From the human T2T-CHM13v2.0 reference genome, Homo sapiens: DNA of 64,000 nt. Position 1 is the stretch's first letter. Each line of letters opens with the position of its first letter. Shown here piece by piece: positions 12,003 through 24,290 of this stretch. The translations under genes were made by a program, and so were the position numbers. The stretch lies in assembly GCF_009914755.1 (NCBI RefSeq), contig NC_060932.1; one strand, 5' to 3'. Under the pieces are notes generated by a model. That model was given only the letters and a program-made list of their open reading frames with translations. It ran no database searches and was not told where the DNA came from.

Positions 12003-13291
12003 CGTTGATTTTTGTGATGTTTAGACAATCCCAAAGCAACTACTTTTTATAACACATTAGAGAAGACATCGTTACTCTGGGTAAATTCCTCAAACTCCAA
12101 ATAGAAGCAGTAAACATGTGAGTATAAATATGACAATCATTTGCTAAACTGCAACAATTTTAGATATTTTTTGGCATGCTTAAAGGTACAGAGATTTAGG
12201 GGGAATGAGCGAAAAGTAATTCAACTCATATATTCTTTACCCCACTTTGACTAAGTTTTGGGTGACGTTATCAATTTCTTGTAAATTTGGTGTATCATGC
12301 TATGGGAAAGGAAAAAAATGTTAAAAGTTTACCTCCCTGGAGAGAGGGGGCTGGAGAAGAGTGTAGCAGAAAATTATTTACGGATAGTTTTACATGGATA
12401 CAATTGTCATGGTTTTAATCCGTTGACTGAAAGATTCTCTAGTTGTTTATTTTGATTAGATGTGGCATTAGGGCCAGATTTCCTGTATTTCTAAGCTTTC
12501 CCGTATCTAAAATTTAATATGTCTGTAAAGGTGTTTAAAGGATCATCTCAAACATGGAACCATAATTTGTTGAAGAAAAACGATAATCATTCTTCCTGTT
12601 GGGACGCTCTTCCTGTAAGGGGGAGTGGGGCAAGTGATTTTCTTATTCAGATCCTGGACCAAGCTCTTGTCAACAATGAAACTGATCTTTCCTATCAAGG
12701 CCAAAGAGAAGCAAGGGTTTGCATATTCAAGTTCTTCATAGATGCCTGCCTCTATAATAGGACATTCACATCTGGCAGAGCTCTTATGGGACACAGAGAG
12801 AGAACAGAAGAGTCTAAAAATCCGGCCAACATCTCAGTGCCAGAATCCAAGTTCTGAACACAAGGCTGAATATGTATCTGGCCAGTAAGAAGACACTCTT
12901 CAGAAAAAGGCTGAAAAAACAGTCACACTCCAGGTCTAAATACAACCTATAACAAAACCCAAATCCACATGCAAACATACCCTCCATTGCAATGTGGAAA
13001 GAGATTTGGTTTTAAGAAGAATTTAAGGAAATTATCATTTTGCTGCAAGAGAAGAAGAAAAAGATGTTGAGGCCGCTACTCTTGCTGTGAAGGTTACAGC
13101 TGCTTTGAATTTGTTAGAGGAAATTACCCTAATAGAGGAAAGAGGCCAGGCAAATGGTCTTTAGTTTTAGACCACTGATTGTTGTCGAGAATTATTCCAA
13201 AAACTTAAATTCTATTTTAAATCCTTATTGTGAAAAGACAGCCATATTTTAATTTTTACTTATAGTTACCATCTTCATCCTTAGTAATCTA

Positions 13292-13631
13292 TAGCTTGAG
13301 CAGCCCTAATCCGAAAATCTGAAATCCGAAATGCTCTAAGATCCGAGATTGTTTGAGCACCGACATGACGCCACAGGTGGGGAATTCCACACCTGACCTC
13401 ATGTCTATGGGTTGCAGTCAAAAACAGTCAATTAAAAATATTGTATAAAATTACCCTCAGGCTATGCATATGAGGTGTATATGAAACATAAATGAATTTT
13501 GTGTTTAGACTTGGGTCCCATCCCAGAGATATTTGATTATGTATATGCAAGTATTTCAAAATTTGAAAAAATCTGTAATCTGAAACACTTCTGGTTCCAG
13601 GCATTTCAGAAAAGAGATACACAAGTTCTGT
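13292..13631 (+). mobile_element. Tigger4b-like TcMar-Tigger DNA transposon
   Basis: ttgagcagccctaatccgaaaatctgaaatccgaaatgctc...gacatgacgccacaggtggggaattccacacctgacctcatg...; TA-flanked ends. Confidence 0.85.
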
Positions 13632-14968
13632 ACTGAGTTATTATGGTTTACCAAAATTTGGTATACATAAAGCAAAATATAGCATGTTCCCCAAGCTCTT
13701 GCAGAAAAGTAGGAATAGATGAAGTTGAGTTGACTACTGGATCTTTTACCAGAACAAATGGCCTTCTATCAAAAAATGTTTGCAAACTCCTGCGTTAGAC
13801 AGTTCTTTGGTGATCCATCAGTATTGTCTGAAGCTAAGCATTAGTATTTTTCAAAGTTCGGGAATAATGTACTTGGATCATAAGGCTCATTCCAACATGC
13901 CACAGGTGAAGCTCATTCATTATGCAATAGTGAAGCAGATAAGAAGTAATGGGAGACAATCTTTTGCCTTTCAAAATATTATAAGCTCTGGATTTTCATA
14001 ACAGAGTTCTGGAACAGGTAAGTGATTTGTCAAGAAAGGCTTTTGTAAGCCATGTTGAAATGGCTGTGCAGTAAGTGAACAGCCTCTATCTTTGCAAGAA
14101 ATTAACAGCCACACCAACCTCTTGCTCTTTAAAGATATTAGAGAGAAAGCCTATCATCATCTGATCTTGGAACTGTTTAATGGATTTTCTCTCTAGTAGT
14201 TAAATTGAAAGAATGATGCTCAGGTCTATTGTTTTCTCTTGGGAAAAGCCATACCACCCTGGTTGGTTCTTTCAACCCTCTCCTGACCCAAGGATAGAGA
14301 ACACTACATTCCAAGACATCATGAGTGCCCCTCACTCTCATCTTTGGGAAATGAGGAGCAGCATCCATTCAAAGTGCAGTCAAAGGTAAACCTCACTGCC
14401 AAGTTTCCCTCAAGCTGAGAAATTGGATGTATCAGAAAGGGTGGAGTTTCAGGACTTGCTCTAAAAATAATGTGTCTGGATCTCGGCCACCATCTTAATG
14501 CTCTTCCTCTCTAGGCCCTCTCCCCATAAATGTCAAATGTGGCTGTCAGTAGGTTGAGCCTGAAAATAAAATCCCCTCACTTCCATCAAGAAATAGCTCC
14601 AAACTTAGAGTGTGTGCTCAAAATATTCATGATGAAATCATAATCCTATATTTATAGTCTTTTGGATTGTGCATGAAATTCTGTTTCCCATGGTGGTTTT
14701 CGTTGAAGTGGGCACAGAGTGACCAAGAAAGCATTAGCTGCAGGGAAATGCTGTTCCGTATCATTCTGAACTGGTTGGTTGTGAGACACCCTCCCTCTTC
14801 CCTGTGCCCTACCCGCTGCCTGATGAGTTGGGTCTACCACCCACCCCATTCCCAGCAGGTCCCCTCTTTGATTGGTCCTGTCTTGTCCTCCAAGAAGAGC
14901 TGGCCTTCCGAGAAGGAAGTGGGGTGGGTACCTAAGATTATTCCCCTTTCCTCTGCATCTTTCCTGTC

Positions 14969-15486
14969 CTAGACTTCCTCCCCGTTCTCACTGAGGGAGA
15001 TGGTGTGGACCTTAATGGTTGGAACTTGATGGTTCTTGTCAAGGCTGGGGGTTGAGGGCCCTACACAGCAGCAGACCTGCAAAAAGCTTTTACTTCTCAC
15101 CCGGGCTGTGGTACAGGAGGATTGGTCTTTGGACACTGTAATCCTGGCAGATCCACGGGGCATGGAAGAGAAAAATTTCCATTCACAAACGCCATCCGTC
15201 TTGGAGATCCTGTAGAAGGTCTCTCTTGATCCCACGGGGATGCGCACCATGTCCTTGTGTTGCCCTTCCACGGCCTGGCTGGGCGGGTGCAGGGTGTAGC
15301 CCAGGGCATGTTTGGAAGACTGCTTTCTGCGGAGACACTGGATTCTCAAGACATTCTGAAAGGCCTTTTTGAACTCTTGGCTGGAGCATGGGTATATGAT
15401 GGGGTTGATGCAGCTGTTTAGATATCCGAGCCAAAATACTATTTTAAAAACTGTTTCAGAGGGCTTGAAATCAGGGAAGAAAGACC
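14969..15486 (-). CDS. ADRA1A: Alpha-1A adrenergic receptor, second coding exon (residues 295-466 of the canonical 466-aa isoform)
   Basis: Translation [43 protein letters not shown]...SLSENGEEV* contains TM7 with NPxxY, helix 8 and the ADRA1A C-tail. Acceptor on minus strand: gtgtgttttcttccag|GG TCT (AG at 15488-15487, phase 1). Stop TAG at 14971-14969. The 518 nt fit an 883-nt upstream coding exon to give 466 aa. Confidence 0.99.
15099..15101 (-). other. ADRA1A: Internal alternative 5' splice site within the ADRA1A exon (after Arg423)
   Basis: Minus strand ACA GCC CGG|GTGAGA. 883+386 nt = 423 codons, phase 0, which is the known divergence point of the alpha1A C-terminal splice variants. 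Confidence 0.93.
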
Positions 15487-16399
15487 CTGGAAGAAAACAC
15501 ACAGATTTATACATATTATTTGAAAGCCAGCAAGCCAATTGGCTAGGAAAACAATCAAACAGACATCTTTCTGTATTTTTAAACGGTTAAAATGATCCCA
15601 AACACATATGAGTTTCTCACATTTGACTGACTAGCTCCTATGACTGTCACCCTTTTGCAATATCTTCAAAGACCATTCCTACTTGGTCCGCGTGTGTCAT
15701 TAATTACAGGAGCAGGCCCAGTGGGTAGGGTTGCACTGGCTCTCAGTGACCAACAGCTGCTGTGAAGTTTTACCAAATGAAAATGTGAAACTCAGACTGA
15801 GTCCACATATGTAAATTGTTTTGCCTAAATTGAAAAGTAAGTTGGAATCCATGCAAGTAATCCATATTAAAATTCGGTTATCTGAACATGCCTTTTATTC
15901 TCTGATGCAGTGTTATGCAACAGACACAGCCTCAGTGTTTATGAATTCCTCCCCTCCCAAATGTTAGAATTATGGATTTTGATGAGAATCTCAACTTTAC
16001 ACAATATTGGCCTTGCCAAAGTTGGGCCAGTGATTCTCAATCACTTTTCCTAGATGATGTCTTTTGACGTCACCGTTAGCTCCCTTTGTCAATATCCCTC
16101 GATGTCTCCCAAATGTGTGTCTTTGCTTCACATTCGGAGTCCTCCACAGCCTCTGGTCTAACCAGCTTTCTAATATGACTAGTTGCTATTTTTTCTCTAG
16201 CCAGACTCACTACACTTTTTCTCCAGGTCATTGATCATTTTTTTTGTCCTCTCAAGTTGGGCCACTGTGTCCTTGATGCCCTTTTCCACCTTCTCTACCT
16301 ACCCAAACCCTACCCGTTGATGTGCACGGCAGGAACCAGGCCTCAGGACCCGTCACATCCTGCGCAGAGACTGCCACAGGGCATTTCGCAGCAGAAGAA

Positions 16400-17100
16400 C
16401 AAAACTGTGAAGTCTTAAAATGGAACAACCTTAAGGATTATCTCCTCCAATTACTCAATTTACAAATTTAAAAAATGCTTATTTAGCCTTTTCCCAGCTG
16501 CCGCCAAGATGCTCTGCCCTTCTGAGCTGAGGCTGCGTTGGGGTCAGGCCCTCACTGCATCCAGCACTAGCACTACTCCGGGCAGCCCAGCCTTGCACTT
16601 GTCCACACCACGGACTCCATCTCAGAGCTCGCCTGCACCGACTCAGCCCTCATTCTGTATAACGCTGAGGGGATCATCACATAGGATAAGGTCAATGTCG
16701 TTTCTAAAGCAGCTGGGGTAAATGATGACGGCTTTTGGCCTGGCTTGTCTGCCAAGGCCCTGGCCATCGTCAACTTCGGGAGCCTCCTCTGCAGTGGAGG
16801 GGCGGGGTGGGAAGACCTGCTCAGCAGCTGGTGGTGTACCTGCGGGAGGTCCTGCCCTTCTGTCACTGTGGCCTAGGCCGAGAAGAAGAAGGTGGAAGCA
16901 AAGAAAGAAGAATCTGGAGTCTGATGATAATATGGGCTTTTTTTTTTTTTTTTTGAGTAAACCTATTTTATAACACGTTCAATAAAAAGCTGAACTCTTA
17001 AAAATGCTTATTAAAGAGATTGTCACAAACCTCATAGCTACAATACTGATAAGAGTGATGGATAAAGGGTATGGGACTCCCAATCCAATGTTCTTTATTC
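16400..17100. mobile_element. Degraded MIR3-like SINE interrupted by the RPLP1 retrocopy
   Basis: Left part accttaaggattatctcctccaattactcaatttacaaat and right part ...ctcccaatccaatgttcttt resemble consecutive parts of MIR3. Confidence 0.4.
16487..16999 (+). pseudogene. Processed pseudogene of RPLP1 (60S acidic ribosomal protein P1), full length
   Basis: Starts with a 5'TOP-like ccttttcccagctgccgccaag. The start codon is mutated to ACG at 16610, and the frame reads TDSISELACTDSALILYNAEGIIT*DKVNVVSKAAGVNDDGFWPGLSAKALAIVNFGSLLC versus RPLP1 [61 protein letters not shown]. Acidic tail ...ESDDNMGF, no introns, AATAAA at 16981, 13-bp TSD aaaaatgcttatt (16471-16483 and 17000-17012). Confidence 0.96.
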
Positions 17101-17678
17101 TCTGATTCTCAGACTTCCAAGGGCTTTTGCTAAAGGAGCTTTATGAATTATGAAATCCCAAACGTCCCTCTTCACTCCTTTCAGAGAAATTGCAAAATAA
17201 CATCTTGACTTTCCTTCCACCTCCTTTCTTTTCTTTCTTGGCTCCCAAGCTCCTTTTCCTTCTCCGCGGGCTTTTAGTCACAGCTTCGTGTACAGTTGGT
17301 AGAATGGCTTTGGGAAACTCCTATGATGCCTTTGGGCCTCCAGTTTTCTTATCTGAAAAAGGAGTATGTTGAATGGATGATTCCTAATGGCCCTGAACAA
17401 TTTTTTTGTTGCTGTTGTTTCAAACCTAAGGTCTTGATTTTATGTCTTTCTTTTCCTCTCTGCTCTGTGGACCTATCAGAGCCGTGACAAATTGCTGGTG
17501 CTATTAAAATCCACTCTGGCAAACAGTGCTCTGAAATTAAGTCAAAAAGCTCATCAATATAAACAAAGAGTAAACTTAAATACTGAAGAACCCAAAGAAG
17601 ACACAATAGTGTGGTTGTTGATGGGAGCATTTATTACCTCTGAAGCACACTCCCTGCTAAGTTCCATGTGTCTCAAAT

Positions 17679-17705
17679 TCACACACACACACACACACAC
17701 ACACA
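17679..17705. repeat. (CA)n microsatellite
   Basis: About 13 CA units. Confidence 0.95.
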
Positions 17706-17814
17706 TGATGGGTGTTTATTTGGAAAACATGTAAAGTGAGAAAGTTTTATTCTTTAGCTCTAAAGCTTTTCATGTTGTCCTATAATTATAATAAAGTTTA
17801 CAGTCTTTGAATGC

Positions 17815-18020
17815 CTGATTTGAAACAGGCAAGGCACTGTGCTGAACACTTTCCATATGATTTAATCATCGTTAGTAACATGAAGAGTTATGTGACTCTT
17901 CCCTATTTTACAAATGAAGAAACTGTGGCTTAATGAGTTTGAGTAGCTCAACCGAGGTCACTCACATAGTTACTGGTAGGTTTGAAATTAGGCAGTGTGA
18001 TTGATTTCAGGGCCCATGCT
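17815..18020. mobile_element. MIR SINE
   Basis: cctattttacaaatgaagaaactgtggcttaatgagtttgagtagctcaaccgaggtcac. Confidence 0.75.
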
Positions 18021-19210
18021 CCTTTGTGGAATCTCCAAATATATTGCAATAATACATCTCTTAGGAGGATAGCTGATGGGGAGTGATAAAGTGTGCAGCT
18101 GGGGGAAGCTGAATTGGAAAAATGCTTTTTCGAACCTCATCTGTGATGGAAAAAATGGCTAATGCCAACATGACTGATGGTTTTGTGCAAATGCGGTCAG
18201 TTCCAGAAAAAAATTTGTCTTACATTATGAAACCTATATATTGTCCAATATTTCCTACTAATAGTGACAGTGATGTGATTAAGGAAACCCATTTCACAAA
18301 GACCTGCCTGGGCCTGTGCTTAATGACTACAAGAATGTCTGAGCTGAGCACACTGAAACCCACCTTGTCTGGGAATGTCACTACTCTGTAAATCAGCGAG
18401 GGAGGGGAGGGTCGTTTCCTTATTTGAAGAATTTCAATTTTTAAAAAAGAAAAAAAAATATGCACTATGAATGTGAATGCTAATAAATATGGTTTGAGAG
18501 TCTTGGAATTTCCCATAATTCCTTCAATTACACTCATTCTGCTTACAGAACCCAGTTTTGCACTCGTAAATCTCAACATTTCCTTTTAGTCACTTCCTTC
18601 CCATCCCTTCTTTCCTTGCGTGGCCCTGCTCTTAATTCCAGGTATGGCTGACCCAGAGCCAAGCTCTTGGGCCCTCTCTCTAGTCTCTTGCTGTGTTCCA
18701 GTCTTCACAGGTGAATCCTGGCCTCCCCCTCTCTGTACCCCACTCAAAACACTCATTTCTTCAACATGGCTCAGGTATAGGTATAGGGTGAGAAAGAGAG
18801 TTGATTAAAACTAATTTACACTAAGATCTGAATGTCAGATAATCTCTAGGCCTAACCCCAGGAATATTTTCTTTTTAATCCAAGCAAATCTCTAGATTTT
18901 GGCTTATGCTTCCAGACCAGAGACCTTCCTGTAAATGACAATGTTTGGTTTATCCTATTAAGTGTGTGACAGCAGCCAGATGTGTGTAAGCCTAGCACGG
19001 ATTTGCATGCTCCCAAACTGATAGTTCCACCAGGGGCAGGTTGCAGGATCCATTCTCATGCTTGGAGTATTCTTCCCTTGTGATGGGGAACAGGTGCTGG
19101 GAGCCATGTGATTTTCTTTGAGCAGCTGCTGACTGGCTGGGGTTAGATGAGAGACTCATAGCTATGCTTCCTTCAAGAACTTTCCAAAGAGTGAGAAAAG
19201 ACAGCAAAAG

Positions 19211-19506
<296 letters not shown>

Positions 19507-22500
19507 GGACAGCAAAAGAACTGCTCCTCTCCTTATTGACATTATTCCCATCCACGTATTTCTTCCTTTATTTTTCCTCTCCTAGAAAGGAGAGATGGGG
19601 CTGGAATTGGGCTTGGAAAGCAGCTGCATGGCCCCAAACCCTCCTCCTGCTCTCTCTTTCTCTGCCCAAACCTTCCCCGTCTGGTTCTATTTTCTCTGAA
19701 CTCTGCATTAGTTCTATCCTCAGCCTCCATTCTTCCCAAATCTCTTTCTTCCTGAGGACTGGCTATGTTTTTAGGGTGGGAAGACAGCTGGAGAATGCTT
19801 GTTCCTGGCCTCCAGCCATCAGGACCTAGAGGGTCAGGGCTGAACCAGCCTGGTTCAGGGGTGGGTGCCTCTGACCCAGTCACTCTGTGGGGAAGTCCAT
19901 TCGAGCAGCCATCCGGCCGGCTTTGCTCACTCACGGAGCTCCAGAATCCAGTAAAATGCTAGAGTCTTGAAGGCATTCTCCTAGTTTTTGCTGCATGAAT
20001 GGCCGACCTTCTGACAGACGGATGGACTGACTGACTGAATGAATGAATGGCTGTGTCTCTGTGTTCTTGCCATGGTTCTTCTTCACAGTGTGGCTTGGTT
20101 TTCTTTTCTGCGTGATGGCTGTAGCCTCATATTATCTCCCAACCCTGACTTCTTTCTGCTGTCTCATTCTTCTTTTTTTTGCCCACCATTTCAGTTCAGT
20201 CATTTGGTTTTTTTGTAATGTTATTTTACTACCATTTTTTCCTTGCTCTATCATCTGGCATCAGACCCTCTAGTTTTTCTCATGATGCTTCATAGGAAGA
20301 GCCAGACTTCCAAATCACCCACATGAGAATAGGGGCTCCTACTTCTTTGGTCACCGTAGCTATGGTTTTCTCCTCAACAATCTCTGCTTCAAGAAGAGCC
20401 AACAGCTCCTGACTTAATCCCCTGAACACCTTGCCCTGCAGCTCAAGCCATCCTTTGCATGTGAATTTGCCTGGTTTAATTCTTGGGCTTTGGAAAATCC
20501 CCACAGCCTAAGGATTCTTCCTGTCACTGAGTTTCTTTCCACCATTTGGTCTGCTGCAGAATTTCTGCCTCTTTCCTGACCCTCTGGACACCCTGACCAA
20601 CTTACGCCGGTCAGACTGAGGTGGATAGAACAGGAGTTTATGGCCAAACACCATCAACATTCTCATTCATGGAGATTCAGAATCCTCACTTCCACTGTAA
20701 AGGCCTCTAGATGCCAAGAAGAAATTGAAACGAATAATTTAAAATGTTGCCTCTATGTCTTTCCACTGAATGCTATATCCATTGGGAAAATCTGACTTCA
20801 TTTTTGAACTGGGGCTCATCTAATAGGCTTATGAGGGGGCACTAGGAGGCATCCCAGTAAAGGCTTGGCGACTAGAGTCACCTTTTACAGTTATAAAATT
20901 ACAGCAACATTTGCCTCAATGGCTCCAATACAAGATAAAACCATTTTTTCCTGCCCATGCTGGTCTCCTCCATGAATTTGATACACCGGTGAGTGCTATG
21001 GTTAGCTTCAAAAGTTGGTGAGAGTAGGAACTGAGTTCTCGAATTCCTATCCAGCACTGGTCATTAGGGGGTTCCTCCTTAGTTCAACTGTTTCTCTCAG
21101 AATGAGGGTGACTTGATATGGAAGCTGAAAGCTGTGAGTCAGTCTTCTTGGTTCCAGCCTCCAGCTTCTGCGCTTCATTTTACCCCCTGGAAAACTTGAC
21201 ATCTTAATGACAACCTTGAGAGACACTGGGCTATGGTAAACCCTACTTAGCTGGAGTTGCATAAGGCTAAAATGTGAAGACTGGCAGGCACTTAGAGATC
21301 AGAGCTGTCAACCTGTCCTTTATATGTGAAGACAGCAAGGCTGAAGACGCGAGTAGTTCCCCCAAATCACACAGCTGGACCCAAACTCGGCTCCACCTCA
21401 CCCATTTCCACTCCTGATCTTTGTGTGCCGTTTAGCAACCCTACGATGACATGGAAGTGTTAATGGCAGTATGTCCAGCTTTCACTGAATGACAACAGGT
21501 TTTGCAGAGATAAGGAGAAAGAAGAGAGGGGAGTAGTATCCTCAATAATTGCATTATTTTAAAAGTCAGAGTGTGCTGTTCAGAAGGGTTTGTCAGCAGG
21601 GCCTTACATTCTGAGAAATGAAGTTTGAATGATCTCAATTTAAAAAAATGTGGACTCCAAAGAAGAAGCTAATGTTACATGACCATGGGAGAAAATAATC
21701 TTTAATTGTTTCTCCTTGTTCAGCGAGTGGTCTCTCCGATGTGCCTGGTACACATCCAATGAGCAGAGGAGAGAGACAGGCTGCCACACCAACAGGCCAA
21801 GGAGCTCCAGTGCCAGTAACATTCAGGCCAGACCCAATGGCTCCTTCTTACCAGGAAGAAAACTGCCCCATCAAATTAAACCCCAGAGACAAGCTGTAGA
21901 GTCAAAGTTTAAGAGCAGACCAGAGTCTACCAGATGCCTTTGTGCTGAACTACTTTGGCCTGAACCCTCCTGGGGTTTATGTGGGGCCACTTGGGCAGCT
22001 CTCAGTCAGCAAGAAGTTTTTAGATTATCTACCTTAGATGGTGACCAGGGCTCTCTAAGAAGGTGGTCAGAATAACCATGGACAGTAACCTTAGGCTTGC
22101 AACCTCAGGTTCACAGACAGACTTCCCATGACTGACATGAAATGTGTATGTCCAGAGATACATTTTCCTGGGAAGAGTCCTTAGCTTGTATTAGCTTCTC
22201 GCAGTGCTCTCTGGTGATGGTAAAGATGGTTCAGCCTGGATCCCAGGTAGAGAGGACAAGCTGTACCCTGGCTGGGGAACCTCACTTAGCCTGTATGTCC
22301 TAATGATAGAATCTAGCTTACCAACAGAGCAAGCAGATGTGATTTCGGTGCCTCTTTGGAAGGACTTCGCTAGTCTTTTTTTCCCCTATTTAACTGGGGC
22401 CTGAAATTGTACAGCTCTCCATTCATGTATCTGAGTAAAGTCATGTGTATGCTCACTTGAGAGTGTTGGCATGTGGAGTCTTTTCTGAACTTTCTGGCAG

Positions 22501-23358
22501 AAAACTTGAGTGGTTGGTAAAGTGAGGAAGGTGGCACTGAGCAGGAATGGAATTAGCTCTCCTCTTGCATGGGGCAAAGCATGGGAGCATGGCATGGGAG
22601 GGTACAGTGAGTAAGGGGAACCGGGCACACTGTGCTGGGCACACATCCCCGAAGGAGACAGGCTCAGGGCACCCTGGGGGCCTGCCCAGTGTGGGATGGA
22701 AGTGCTGCCCACTTTTCCAGGGACTGAGGCACGTTGGTCTATGGTTACTGTGAAAAACCATTGCTCCTTCCAATCCAGGCAAGGAAAGAGGTCACTTGGG
22801 GAGATGTCCTCTCATCCCTCAAACTTCTGCAAGTGGCAGCTAAAGTTCTCTTGACAGGATCTGTCTGGCTGGCCAAGGAGAGCTCTGAGGAATCAGGAAT
22901 TTCATCCTGGATGAGTCTGAGCTGCTGGAATTAAAACTTGTCAAATGGTTCGTCTCACCAGTTAACAAAGCCTAAGAAGCATTTCTCCTTTTAGGAAAAA
23001 GGAGCAGGTCCACCCAAATGCATGATTTGGACCCCAACGCCCATAAGAACACTGGAAAGAGTAATAGGGGACCCCACATGTAGACATTTCTCCCTAGAAG
23101 ACCTCCTTGTGTCCAATAAATAATTTGATTTGAAACACTCTCAGAAGATAGCAAGATTCTCTACCCCACTCCCTTTATTTAAAAGATTATTTGTTCAGGA
23201 AAAAGCTAGCAATAAGGAAGTCATCATGTGCTTTTATGGGCTGCTTCCTTAAAAGCAGATCTCCTTTCATAAGCCAGTGTATTTTCCAAGCCTTGTCAAT
23301 TTTACTAAGGTCACCATTGTTTCATGAGTCTTCCATTTAAAACATTTTTATAATATAA

Positions 23359-23776
23359 TAACCAAACCAAATGTCCAACAATGATAGACTGGATTGAGAA
23401 AATGTGGCACATATACACTGTGGAATACTATGCAGCCATAAAAAAGGATGAGTTCATGTCCTTTGTAGGGACATGGATGAAGCTGGAAACCATCATTCTC
23501 AGCAAACTATCGCAAGGACAAAAAACCAAACACCGCATGTTCTCACTCATAAGTGGGAATTGAACAATGACTATACTTGGACACAGGAAGGGGAACATCA
23601 CACACTGGGGCCTGTTGTGGGGTGGGGGGAGGGGGGAAGGATAGCATTAGGAGATATACCTAATGTAAATGACGAGTTAATGGGTGCAGCACACCAACAT
23701 GGCACATGTATACATATGTAACAAACCTGCATGTTCTGCACATGTACCCTAGAACTTAAAGTATAATAAAAAAAAA
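23359..23776 (+). mobile_element. L1PA (young primate L1), 5'-truncated 3' end
   Basis: ORF2 C-terminus (MIDWIEKMWHIYTVEYYAAIKKDEFMSFVGTW...), G-rich 3' UTR, cctagaacttaaagtataata followed by an A-tail. Confidence 0.96.
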
Positions 23777-23883
23777 TATATATATATATAAATTTTTTTA
23801 ATTGTCTCTGCACAAAATCTCTCCCTGAGACCACCCAGTCTAAAGAAGAGTAATCTTCAAACTCACACCTGCTGAATGGCTTA

Positions 23884-23889
23884 TTTATT
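23884..23889 (-). terminator. Candidate poly(A) signal for the intronic terminal exon
   Basis: TTTATT on plus = AATAAA on minus, ~220 nt downstream of the stop at 24110. Confidence 0.5.
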
Positions 23890-24109
23890 TCACGGTACAT
23901 ATCACAGTTTTTAAGTTTTCTTATTTACTTGTTTTCTTTGATTGTCTCATCCTCCAGAGCACAGATGATATGCTTTCCAATGGTAGGAGACCAGGTTATC
24001 TCTCTCACTGTAGTGCAAGATGGGAGCAGGAACCCAATTAACAGTTCCTGCCAGAAGAATATGTATCTAGTTCCTTCTCCCTTTTTTTTGCCTCTTACAT
24101 TCCAACTGG

Positions 24110-24255
24110 TCACCAAACCCCACAGGTGTCTTTCCTTGAAACACCTTCCAAATTTTCCTTCTCCATCACCTCCAACCCCAGCACTGCTGCATGGTGAACT
24201 GGTTGTTTAAAGCTGGGTGAGTCATTTTTTCCCTCTTGGGCCTCAGTTTCCTCAT
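24110..24255 (-). CDS. ADRA1A: ADRA1A intronic alternative terminal exon (342-aa truncated 6-TM isoform) with a MIR-derived acceptor
   Basis: Minus strand tctttacttttacag|AT GAG GAA ACT GAG GCC... in phase 1 gives DEETEAQEGKNDSPSFKQPVHHAAVLGLEVMEKENLEGVSRKDTCGVW* (294+48=342). This matches a truncated isoform tail as I recall it. AATAAA follows at 23889-23884. Confidence 0.8.
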
Positions 24256-24290
24256 CTGTAAAAGTAAAGACTTAGAACAGTAATTGATAC
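24200..24290. mobile_element. MIR core fragment (exonised)
   Basis: gggcctcagtttcctcatctgtaaaa is the MIR core consensus. Confidence 0.8.

Noticed and set aside
14461-14470. MEF2-like CTAAAAATAA motif in the 3' UTR
   Set aside because: A degenerate AT-rich motif expected by chance many times.
15101-15486. Possible circRNA from the 386-nt internal exon form
   Set aside because: I saw no complementary Alu pair flanking it within the window (no Alu in 1-19200), so the sequence gives no support.
15487-15538. N-terminal extension [17 protein letters not shown] of the 189-aa track ORF
   Set aside because: It is intronic sequence upstream of the clear acceptor at 15487; the real reading frame enters by splicing.
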